DNA from: Candidatus Hydrogenedentota bacterium
Lineage (GTDB): Bacteria; Hydrogenedentota; Hydrogenedentia; Hydrogenedentales; JAEUWI01
DNA length: 14,636 nt
Direction of reading: 5' to 3'
NCBI GenBank assembly: GCA_034669905.1
Contig: JAXMOL010000087.1
Coordinates: forward strand, 1-14,636
Notes under the pieces: generated by a model
Told to the model about the DNA's origin: nothing
The model's input: only the letters and a program-made list of their open reading frames with translations
Database searches by the model: none
Shown: positions 1 to 7,696 of the stretch, piece by piece
How the letters are laid out: each line of letters begins with the position of its first letter
Numbering within the stretch: position 1 is the first letter of the stretch
Made by a program: the position numbers and the translations under genes

Positions 1-33
1 TCCCATCGCTCACGGAGGAGCACGAAGACGGCG

Positions 34-96
34 GTGGCTGTCCTGTCGTTGACGAAGCTGGCTTGCCGTCTGCCTCGCCAATGACAGGACAGCCAC
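34..96. repeat. Long imperfect inverted repeat (REP-like hairpin)
   Basis: GTGGCTGTCCTGTCGTTGACGAAGC (34-58) matches the reverse complement of 72-96 (GTGGCTGTCCTGTCATTGGCGAGGC) at 22/25 positions, with a 13-nt loop. It is intergenic, 3' of the DoxX gene. Confidence 0.75.
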
Positions 97-172
97 GCCC
101 AGCCACACTTTCTACCCCGACACAACGGCGCCTGGCGCCCTAAGTTTTTCAGGAGTACGGTGTTATCCCTCA

Positions 173-226
173 GGGCGAGGCAGTCCTTGAGTGGTGCCCC
201 TATGGAGCGCCGGCGGCCTGCCGGCA
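173..226. repeat. REP-like dispersed repeat, copy 1
   Basis: 200-226 (CTATGGAGCGCCGGCGGCCTGCCGGCA) matches 14434-14460 at 23/27 and has an internal GCCGGC-N5-GCCGGC palindrome. The reverse complement of 173-186 matches 14467-14480 at 13/14. Confidence 0.6.
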
Positions 227-237
227 GATAGGGATGG

Positions 238-627
238 CTATCTGGTGGTTTGCGAGGGCGCCGTGCCCGTGTAGCACCAGGCCCAGAATAGCGGGACGAG
301 CTGGAGGGGAAGCCGTATATACAGGGCCGTCGGGGAACCATAATCTGAAAAGTTTTCTGGATTCATCGCCATGTGGATGTTCGCCGGGAACACGGCAACC
401 AGAACGGCGATGATAGCCCATGCGCCGATACGCTGCGTCTTTGGAACACACAGCAAAATCCCGGCAGCGACCTCGGCGACTCCGCTGAGGAATACCAATG
501 CTTCGTGCCACGGTAGATAGTCGGGCATGATGGGCAGGTAGAATCCGGGCGTGATGAAGTGGTTCAAGCCGGCGACGACGAAGAAGAGGCCGAGTAGATA
601 TCTCAGTATGGTCTTCAGCACCTGCAT
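238..627 (-). CDS. DoxX/MauE-family membrane protein
   Basis: 129 aa with about 4 hydrophobic helices. Motifs AGLNHF, SGVAEV, VFPANIHMA and RLPLQ are typical of this DoxX-like subfamily. AGGAGG RBS upstream. Confidence 0.85.
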   Translation of the reverse strand: MQVLKTILRYLLGLFFVVAGLNHFITPGFYLPIMPDYLPWHEALVFLSGVAEVAAGILLCVPKTQRIGAWAIIAVLVAVFPANIHMAMNPENFSDYGSPTALYIRLPLQLVPLFWAWCYTGTAPSQTTR

Positions 628-659
628 GGGGCTACCCTCCTACGGTGTGCCCGCCCACC

Positions 660-1982
660 TTAACGTCGCCCGCAACACTTCTTGAATTTCTTACTGCTGC
701 CACAGACACAGGGGTCATTGGGGCCCGGGCCATCCAATCCCTTTTCGGCGTAGTCTTTTTGTCGGGCATAGCCCATGACCCCCGTGGCGGAACGCTGGGC
801 GCGAAGCTCCCGGGCCATGAACTTCATGTAGGGGTCTACGTGATGAAAGAGCTGTTTGTAGCCCGTGCAAAGATAGCTTAGCCCCGGCTCCCCGTCGGGC
901 GTATTGGTGAATCGGTGTTTCGGACAATCCCCGTTGCAAATAAAGCGTACATCGCAATCGAGACAATACTGAGGGAGGGTCGCAGCCTTGTCCTTACCAA
1001 ATTGCACCTGCTGGTCCGAGGCCACCATGTCGGCGATGCTTTTCTCCATAATGTTGCCGAGCTGGTGCTCCGGATAGACGTAATGGTCGCAGGAGTAGAG
1101 GTCTCCCGTATGCTCCAGAGCAAGGCCCAGGCCGCATTCCGTTTGAAAGATACAAAGGTTGGGTTCCATACCCATCCACGCCATGAGGGCCACCTCGAAA
1201 GTCTGGACAAAGACCTGACCCACATCGTTGCGCACCCACTCATCAAAGATAGTGCACATGAACTGGCCAAACTCATCGGGCCGGACCGACCAGGCCGTCA
1301 CTTTGGCGTCCATGGGTGAATCGGGCAAAACCAGCTCGAGATCCTGGCTCCCGCAGTCCTCACCGCGCCGCTCCACAATGGGGATGAACTGCATGTGGCC
1401 ACTACCCTCACTACGGAGAAATTTGTAGACTTCCAGGGCCTTCGTGGCGTTCTTCCGATTTACACAGGTGAGGGTGTTGAACTCAACGTGGTGCTTTTTC
1501 AGGAGGTCAAGACCGCGCTTTACCTTGTCGAAGGTGGGCTTGCCCTGTTTGTCGACGCGGTAGGTGTCGTGAATTTTCTTGGGGCCATCGATGGAGAGGC
1601 CCACGAGGAATTGATTGCGGTGGAGGAATTCGCCCCACTTGTCATTGAGGAGGGTGCCATTGGTCTGGAAGGCATTGGCGATCGACTTTCCATTGGCATA
1701 TTTTTCCTGGAGCTTTACCACGTTCTCGAAGTAGTCGACGCCCAGCACGGTGGGCTCCCCCCCCTGCCACGCGAATTGCACTTCGGGCGTGTCCTGGGCC
1801 TCGATGTATTGGCGGATATAGCTTTCCAGCACGTCATCGGGCATGCGCCAGTGTTTCTGATCGGGAAAGAGCTTAGACTTTTCCAGGTAGAAACAATATT
1901 TGCAATCGATGTTACAAAGGGGCCCGGAAGGCTTGGTCATTACGTGAAAGGCCGTGGGGCGGGTGGCGGTGCTGCTGCTCAT
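660..1982 (-). CDS. Anaerobic sulfatase-maturating enzyme (radical SAM/SPASM, AslB/ChuR family) with C-terminal SEC-C motif
   Basis: N-terminal KPSGPLCNIDCKYC (CxxxCxxC), WQGGEPT and QTNGTLL motifs. SPASM cysteines: YSCDHY, CLDCDVRFICNGDCPK, YLC. C-terminal PNDPCVCGSSKKFKKCCG. AAGGA RBS. Confidence 0.95.
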   Translation of the reverse strand: MSSSTATRPTAFHVMTKPSGPLCNIDCKYCFYLEKSKLFPDQKHWRMPDDVLESYIRQYIEAQDTPEVQFAWQGGEPTVLGVDYFENVVKLQEKYANGKSIANAFQTNGTLLNDKWGEFLHRNQFLVGLSIDGPKKIHDTYRVDKQGKPTFDKVKRGLDLLKKHHVEFNTLTCVNRKNATKALEVYKFLRSEGSGHMQFIPIVERRGEDCGSQDLELVLPDSPMDAKVTAWSVRPDEFGQFMCTIFDEWVRNDVGQVFVQTFEVALMAWMGMEPNLCIFQTECGLGLALEHTGDLYSCDHYVYPEHQLGNIMEKSIADMVASDQQVQFGKDKAATLPQYCLDCDVRFICNGDCPKHRFTNTPDGEPGLSYLCTGYKQLFHHVDPYMKFMARELRAQRSATGVMGYARQKDYAEKGLDGPGPNDPCVCGSSKKFKKCCGRR

Positions 1983-2003
1983 GACGGGACGTCCTTCTGT
2001 GCC

Positions 2004-4268
2004 CTACAAGGGGCTGAGTTGGAGAAGGCGGGTCTCGCCCTGTTCCAGGTTTAAGACGAAACTCTCTTTCTGGGGCCAACCGATGCTTTGGTCGAAGAGG
2101 TCCTGGATGTCGTGGAAATTGCTGAGATTCACCATGCGGTCGCCGACTTGTCCCGCGTGGATTCCCAGCAGATTGCCACGGGCGACGGTTACATCGAAGA
2201 AGCGCTGCTTTCCGGGACGAAAGTAAATGGGCTGCTCAAGAATGCGCAAAATCTCCCGGAGTAGCGGTGCGGAAAGCTCTGGGTCGGCCAGATATATCGA
2301 AGTCCACCCGGCCTCCATGGTGCGCATGGCGACACTCGGCTTCTCCGTTTGCTTAAACTGGGCCAATACGTCGGTCTCGCTGTCCTCGATGTAAAAGAGG
2401 GGGTTCATCGGTCGCGCCGTTCCAATGCTCTGATTCTCATCAAGCCATTGGCCACCACCGAGGGTATAGACCGACCCCGTCGGCGAGGCGTCTTCAAAGG
2501 CCTTTACCGTCATGCCCACGGTGTCGGCTATATTCTGGGTGGTCAGGGTGACATCCCGGTAGCCAGGGGCATAGACCCAGATGGCCGTGGCCTCCTCTTC
2601 TGCGAAGCGGGCGTGGAGCACCTCCCGCTGCACGGCGGGCAGGTTATAAATGTTGAGAAAGAGGTAAACACGGGCCTGGGAACTGCGGTTGTCCAGGAAA
2701 TCCTGTAACAGGCAAAACTCGGTCGTCACGCCGGCGCGCAATATCTCATCCCGGTTGTGGGTGAGCAATGCGGCCAGTCCGGCTTCATCCCGCGTAAGAA
2801 ATTGCGATTCCTCGTCAATCACAACGAGTAAGGTCGGGTCCGCGGCGCGGGGTGCATCTTCGGGGTAGGTCTGGCGGGCGATTTCGAGCCGCGACCCGGG
2901 GTAGGCCACGTTCTCCCGGTAGATATTCATCAAGCCATCGAAGAGCTCCCACTGGGGTTCATTGCAGAGGGCTCCCCGACCGTTCGGATCAGACCAGGCG
3001 ATTCCGAGTCCATTAACCGCCGCGAGGGCAAAGTTACGACGCTGCACGTTGTAGACATCTTCGGGACGAAGCCCTCGAATCTGGTCGATTTGTCCCGTCT
3101 CATCACTCCAGGCGAAACCGGTGCGTGTATCATCGATAATAATCCATTGTTTTTCGTGGGCCACGGCGCTGTGAATGGGGCCCATATACCCGCCCGTGCC
3201 GCCGATACCCCGGTTGGCAAGGCTTACGGGAGCCACGAAACCATCCAAATCACTGTCCAGCAGGGCCAGAAGCGCCAGGTGGCCGGTGGCGGTGTCGCCC
3301 ATCTCAAAGGTGTAGCCATAGCGTGCCCAGAGTGAGACGTCGCCCCCCGCCGTCGTACGGAGGTGACTTGCCAGCGCAGCGATGGCATCGGCAACGGATT
3401 CGGCGCGGTAACGTCGGTAGTCGATGGCCGCAGCGTCGTCCCGGACATCGAGGAAGGCGGAAGGCCTTTCCGGTGTCGCGGGAAGGGTGGGTGCGACGGA
3501 TTCGATTTTCACGGCGTCATCACGCCAGGCTTTTTGGAGCGCGACGTCGTCTTCGTAATGCCGGGTAAGCCAGGCGCGGTAACCGGCCACATTGGATGCG
3601 GAGAGGTCGAGGGCATTCGCCAATTGCCACTGGCCGCCTTCCAGACCACCCAAGAGGTAGCCCGCGAGGGATTCGGTCAGATTGGCCTGCTGCAAACGGC
3701 CATGGAGACCGTCGATAGCCTTTCGCGCAGCGTCACGCCACGCCTCGGAGGCGGGCGTGGGCAGGGCGCTTTCCCCCGCCACCCCTTCCATGCGGGCATC
3801 GGGGTTCGCTTCAAACCACGTGGCCGGGGGATTGCAGTCGAGGTCAAGGATGAAGGTGGCCTCTGGATCGACGGTCAGAATACGCTCTAAACGCGAAACG
3901 GCCACGGTCAGATCGGCCTCTTCCGACCAACCCAGCGGCACCGGAACAATGTAGCGATGCAGTCCTGACGCCGCGCCGTAGGCGACCTCCTGTTCAATGG
4001 CCTTCCAGACGCTTTCATCGTGGATGCCGAGGTGGAGATAGACCGGTGGTTCCCGGGCGGGGATGACCGGTTCCGGTTCTTCCGCCGATGGGGCCTCCTC
4101 GGATTCGATGGGGTCGGTCGGCAGGCTCGCAGTGGGCCGGGGCAGGTACTGGGGGGCGGTGAGGCGGCCCAGCAGGCCACCGAGCAGCGCCGCGAGTATG
4201 ATGAGGCCCAGGGCACCCGCGATGCGGAGGAGGATACCTTGCTGGGTTAAGGTCTTGTCTTGACTCAT
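2004..4268 (-). CDS. Membrane-anchored GH42/beta-galactosidase-like (clan GH-A TIM barrel) protein, possibly non-catalytic
   Basis: 754 aa. N-terminal TM helix and Pro/Glu-rich linker, then motifs such as YRAWLTRHY..L..AW, YGYTFE, GHLAL and DDTRT, recalled from GH42-like proteins. Tight spacing with its neighbours. Confidence 0.6.
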   Translation of the reverse strand: MSQDKTLTQQGILLRIAGALGLIILAALLGGLLGRLTAPQYLPRPTASLPTDPIESEEAPSAEEPEPVIPAREPPVYLHLGIHDESVWKAIEQEVAYGAASGLHRYIVPVPLGWSEEADLTVAVSRLERILTVDPEATFILDLDCNPPATWFEANPDARMEGVAGESALPTPASEAWRDAARKAIDGLHGRLQQANLTESLAGYLLGGLEGGQWQLANALDLSASNVAGYRAWLTRHYEDDVALQKAWRDDAVKIESVAPTLPATPERPSAFLDVRDDAAAIDYRRYRAESVADAIAALASHLRTTAGGDVSLWARYGYTFEMGDTATGHLALLALLDSDLDGFVAPVSLANRGIGGTGGYMGPIHSAVAHEKQWIIIDDTRTGFAWSDETGQIDQIRGLRPEDVYNVQRRNFALAAVNGLGIAWSDPNGRGALCNEPQWELFDGLMNIYRENVAYPGSRLEIARQTYPEDAPRAADPTLLVVIDEESQFLTRDEAGLAALLTHNRDEILRAGVTTEFCLLQDFLDNRSSQARVYLFLNIYNLPAVQREVLHARFAEEEATAIWVYAPGYRDVTLTTQNIADTVGMTVKAFEDASPTGSVYTLGGGQWLDENQSIGTARPMNPLFYIEDSETDVLAQFKQTEKPSVAMRTMEAGWTSIYLADPELSAPLLREILRILEQPIYFRPGKQRFFDVTVARGNLLGIHAGQVGDRMVNLSNFHDIQDLFDQSIGWPQKESFVLNLEQGETRLLQLSPL

Positions 4269-4274
4269 AGGAAA

Positions 4275-5606
4275 TTAAACCAAGGGGTTGTCTGCACTAT
4301 CGATTTGCATCCACGCCGCGATGTCCATGGGCTCGCCCGTGAGCGTGGGTGGAAACAACGACGTCGCCTGGATATGAAGGGCGCCAGAAGCATCGTCGCA
4401 GTAATACTGGTCTTGTCCGGGACTTTCCAGGGTACACAACAGGTCCCCATTCAGGGTGAGTGTACAGCGGGCGGGTCCCGCCTCAGGATAACAATTCACC
4501 AGGGATACCCGCAATGGGCCATGGGGTACATGGAGCCATGCTTCGGGCGCTATGGGGCGCACGGTGATACCTCCGATTGTGGTGCGGGGATACCAACCTT
4601 CTTCCGGAAGGATGACGGGCGGACAAAAGGCAGGTGATGTGCGCAGGAGCGGCCAGCAGCCCGGGGTCGTCTCCGCCGCACAGCGAGTCTTGTTAAAACG
4701 CCGTGCTGCAGGGAGATAGCGGAGGGCCGCCCCCCAGGCCCGCAGGTGGGCGGCGAGGCGCCAGTACGCGCCGTCGAGGACGGCACGGCCCAGTGCACGG
4801 CACTCTCCCACCAGCAGCGGAAAGGCGGTGCCCAGCAGTCGTCCGACGGAATAATGGCGCAAGAGGATCCAGAATCGATTGCGCGTGTTCAGAAAATACT
4901 TGTGGCGTGCCCACGTGCCCGAGCCCATGGTGGCACTGAACTTGTGTCGCACGATGGCGGCGGGCACGGTCCAGACCTCAAAGCCGGCATGCCAGATGCG
5001 GAGGCACAGGTCGAGGTCGTCGAGATAGATTTGAAAGGCTTCTGGCAGGAGCCCGGTCTTGCGCAATGCCTGGCACCGCAAGAAGGCCGCGCCCCCACAA
5101 GCCCCCACCACCGGACAGGGCATGTGCCAGTCGGGGCCATCGGCCCGCCCTATCCCCCGGTCCCAGGCCGCGCCGATGGTGGACATTTCGAGCCCGAGCG
5201 AGTTGAGCACCGTGGGTTGGTCGAAGAGCACCATGCGGGGCGCTGCGGCCCCCCAGGTGGGGTGAGCATCCATGGCCTCCACCAGGAGGGCAAGGGTGTC
5301 TGGCGCAATGGCAGTATCGTTGTTGAGTAGAAAGACATAGTCAGCCCCCCCTTCGAGTGCGGCTTTGATGCCCCGGTTGTTCCCCCCGGACCAGCCAAGG
5401 TTTTCCTCGCAGGCCAGCACGTCCACCCGGTCATCGTCGCCAAATTTATCCCGCACCAGGGCGATGGAATCGTCTTCACTTCCATTGTCCACGAGGATGA
5501 AGGCTACGTCGGTATACGTGGAGGCCAACAGGCTGTGAAAGCAGGCTTCGAGGTGCTCCTGGCCGTTCCAATTGATGACCAATACGTGTACGCGGGCGTT
5601 GTTCAT
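4275..5606 (-). CDS. Glycosyltransferase family 2 (GT2, WbbL-like) with C-terminal extension
   Basis: Motifs VLVINWNG, LVDNGSED, NLGWSGGNN, LLNNDT and YLDDLDLCLR. The start is placed at the ATG at 5606 (MNNARVHV) rather than 5720 because the GT2 domain begins there and a promoter lies immediately upstream. Confidence 0.9.
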   Translation of the reverse strand: MNNARVHVLVINWNGQEHLEACFHSLLASTYTDVAFILVDNGSEDDSIALVRDKFGDDDRVDVLACEENLGWSGGNNRGIKAALEGGADYVFLLNNDTAIAPDTLALLVEAMDAHPTWGAAAPRMVLFDQPTVLNSLGLEMSTIGAAWDRGIGRADGPDWHMPCPVVGACGGAAFLRCQALRKTGLLPEAFQIYLDDLDLCLRIWHAGFEVWTVPAAIVRHKFSATMGSGTWARHKYFLNTRNRFWILLRHYSVGRLLGTAFPLLVGECRALGRAVLDGAYWRLAAHLRAWGAALRYLPAARRFNKTRCAAETTPGCWPLLRTSPAFCPPVILPEEGWYPRTTIGGITVRPIAPEAWLHVPHGPLRVSLVNCYPEAGPARCTLTLNGDLLCTLESPGQDQYYCDDASGALHIQATSLFPPTLTGEPMDIAAWMQIDSADNPLV

Positions 5607-5616
5607 GGGTGCCGGG

Positions 5617-5645
5617 AGTATAACAGGCAGGGGCTCCACTTGAAA
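5617..5645 (-). promoter_or_regulatory. sigma70-type promoter (extended -10) for the GT2 operon
   Basis: The minus strand reads TTTCAA-N17-TATACT with TGt directly before the -10 hexamer. The -10 ends 10 nt before the ATG at 5606. Confidence 0.55.
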
Positions 5646-5732
5646 ACGGGCGGGGCTACGGGCAACCATGCAAGAAGGGCCTGGATTCTTCGACGGACGA
5701 ATAAGACGGCCCGTTGGCATGTACTATTGCCT

Positions 5733-5761
5733 GTAGGGGTCTGCCCACCGTGTGGCTGACC
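5733..5761 (+). repeat. GTAG-type REP-like palindrome
   Basis: GTAG followed by the imperfect palindrome GGTCTGCCCAC-CGT-GTGGCTGACC. Confidence 0.35.
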
Positions 5762-5786
5762 GTAAGCTTGAAAGGGAATTTTCACG

Positions 5787-5957
5787 ATGAGTTTTTTGCG
5801 TGCGTTGGTTTGTATCCTCCTGCCCCCGGCGGCAGTCTATGACAAGGGTTGTGGTCCGATAGTGCTGGTCCTGGTCTTGACCATTATTGGTTGGGTACCG
5901 GGTATTATTGCCGCCATGATTTTCTGCACCCGGGTTGACCCCACCGTCTCGGAGTGA
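5787..5957 (+). CDS. YqaE/Pmp3 (UPF0057) small membrane proteolipid
   Basis: Translated by hand; absent from the ORF track (56 aa): MSFLRALVCILLPPAAVYDKGCGPIVLVLVLTIIGWVPGIIAAMIFCTRVDPTVSE. It has the family signature ILLPPxAV...LTxxGWxPGIIxA, an AAAGGGA RBS, and a stop 3 nt before the sulfatase start. Confidence 0.92.
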   Translation: MSFLRALVCILLPPAAVYDKGCGPIVLVLVLTIIGWVPGIIAAMIFCTRVDPTVSE

Positions 5958-5960
5958 GTA

Positions 5961-7367
5961 GTGCGTCATTGCGCTGGCCATAAAAAACGACCTTCCCGCC
6001 GCGCCTTCCTCCAACAGGCCCTGGGTTCCATGGCGTTGGCGGCGGGCGGCGGGTGTAACTTCGCCTTTGGCGACCCGGTGCCGGTGGTGCTCTTCGTCAT
6101 GGACACGGTGCGGGCCAAAAATTGCGGTGCCTGGGGCTATGGGCGCAACACCACGCCCCACCTCGACGGGTTGGCCGCAGAAGCGACGCGCTATGATCGG
6201 GCCATTACCCCCGCGCCCTGGACATTGCCTGCCCATGTGGGCATGTTTACCGGTCGCTATACGCTGGATCATGGTGTACGTGGTTATATTTACGAAGACG
6301 AGAAGGGCGCCCGACGAATTCGCGAGAACGCCCTCTCTGAGGACTACGACTGCATCGCCGAGTCCCTGTACCATGCGGGTTACCGGACGGCAGCCTTTTC
6401 CGCAAACACGGGGTATATGGCCCCCTATTACAACCTGGCGCAGGGATTCGAGACTTACCAGTTGGAACGTATTGCGGGAGCGGCCCTGGTAGAGAAGGCC
6501 CTGGCATGGCAGGGCATGCAACAGGAGCCTACCTTCCTTTTCTGCAACGTAATGGATGCCCATCGGCCCTATAATCTGACGCCCTGTCCCGATACCCTGC
6601 CCGAGGCAGTGTCAGAGGATAGGGGGCTGCTCGACCAATTGCGGGTCAAGACCCTGGCGAATCCAGAAGCGGTGGATGAAACGCTCGCCGCAAAGGTCGC
6701 GGCACAATATGACCGGGGCATCGGGAATGCCGACAAGGCCCTGGGGCTTCTTATCGCCGGATTGAAAGCACAAGGCCGATACGACGAAACCTTGTTGATT
6801 GTCTGCGCGGATCATGGAGAGTATCTGGGAGAGCATGGTCTGGTCGAGCACTCGAAGGACGTCTACCAGGAAGCGGTCCATGTCCCCCTGGTGGTTAAAA
6901 CGCCGTTTCAGAACGAGGCCAACGTGGAACGGGACCCCGTTTCCCTGACGCAATTGCCGGGAACCATCGTGGCGCAGACAGGAATCACGGCGAAGGGCTA
7001 TCCCCCGGCCCTGGGTGAAAAACAGCCCCGCCATCTGGTCCTCACGGAGAATTACTATTCCCGGGATTGGGATTTTACCGATGCCCGATGGGCCGGACGA
7101 TTCGATCGGATTCGACGGGCGGTATTCGACGGCACGTGGAAATACATCCAGTCGAGCGATGGCGACGAGGCACTGTATCGCCTTGACGTAGATCCGGGAG
7201 AGCACCATAACCTGAGTACATCGGAGCCAGAACGCTTTGGGGTCTTAAGACAACAATGTGTCGCCGTAGTGACCTCCAGCTTTCGGCGGTCTATCGACGG
7301 CGTGACCGACGTGCCACCCGTTCCCGGTAAAACCCGTGAGGCCCTGGACGCGCTGGGCTACCTGTAG
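5961..7367 (+). CDS. Sulfatase-like hydrolase/transferase (alkaline phosphatase superfamily), Tat-exported, possible lipoprotein
   Basis: SRRAFL twin-arginine motif and AAGGGC. Metal ligands MDTVRA, MDAHRPY, ADHGE and EH. Active-site segment APWTLPAHVGMFTG. C-terminal LYRLDVDPGE and LDALGYL. Confidence 0.9.
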   Translation: MRHCAGHKKRPSRRAFLQQALGSMALAAGGGCNFAFGDPVPVVLFVMDTVRAKNCGAWGYGRNTTPHLDGLAAEATRYDRAITPAPWTLPAHVGMFTGRYTLDHGVRGYIYEDEKGARRIRENALSEDYDCIAESLYHAGYRTAAFSANTGYMAPYYNLAQGFETYQLERIAGAALVEKALAWQGMQQEPTFLFCNVMDAHRPYNLTPCPDTLPEAVSEDRGLLDQLRVKTLANPEAVDETLAAKVAAQYDRGIGNADKALGLLIAGLKAQGRYDETLLIVCADHGEYLGEHGLVEHSKDVYQEAVHVPLVVKTPFQNEANVERDPVSLTQLPGTIVAQTGITAKGYPPALGEKQPRHLVLTENYYSRDWDFTDARWAGRFDRIRRAVFDGTWKYIQSSDGDEALYRLDVDPGEHHNLSTSEPERFGVLRQQCVAVVTSSFRRSIDGVTDVPPVPGKTREALDALGYL

Positions 7368-7407
7368 GGTCGGAAGTGCCCGACCCAATCCCGGTCCCGA
7401 CCCTGCA
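7363..7407. repeat. GTAG REP-like inverted repeat at the sulfatase stop
   Basis: TGTAGGGTCGG (7363-7373) can pair with CCGACCC (7380-7386) or with CCGACCCTGCA (7397-7407). Confidence 0.5.
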
Positions 7408-7429
7408 TAAGCGGGCGACGTACTTGCCG

Positions 7430-7464
7430 TTCGGCCATGGCGTAGCCCGACGCGCCATGCCGAA
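7430..7464. terminator. GC-rich hairpin between convergent transcription units (possible bidirectional terminator/stabiliser)
   Basis: TTCGGCCATGGCG pairs with CGCCATGCCGAA: 12 bp with one bulge. No clear U-tract. Confidence 0.4.
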
Positions 7465-7502
7465 TGCCGGTCTTTGCGAGGGGTTGGTCGTTCCTCCCCT
7501 GC

Positions 7503-7583
7503 CTAGAATTGCACTTCCAGGCTGCGGAAGAAGAAACGGACACGGTTGCGAAAGATTTGAATGTAGGCGATGCTGTTTCTCAT
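7503..7583 (-). CDS. Candidate 26-aa small protein MRNSIAYIQIFRNRVRFFFRSLEVQF
   Basis: ATG at 7583 preceded by TAAGAGGA with a 7-nt spacer. TAG at 7503-7505. Sits in the dinB-sulfatase gap and is co-oriented with dinB. Confidence 0.4.
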   Translation of the reverse strand: MRNSIAYIQIFRNRVRFFFRSLEVQF

Positions 7584-7696
7584 GACGTAATCCTCTTAGG
7601 GGTTGCAATAGAAGCCGTTCAATACAGTTTTATCGTTAGCCGGAGGGCCCGCCGCCGTACTTCCGAAATTCGGAAACCGACACGGCGTCCTCCGTG

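Noticed and set aside
5714..5730. TTGGCATGTACTATTGC as a sigma54 promoter for the Pmp3 gene
   Set aside because: The spacing is GG-N11-GC. Sigma54 requires GG-N10-GC.
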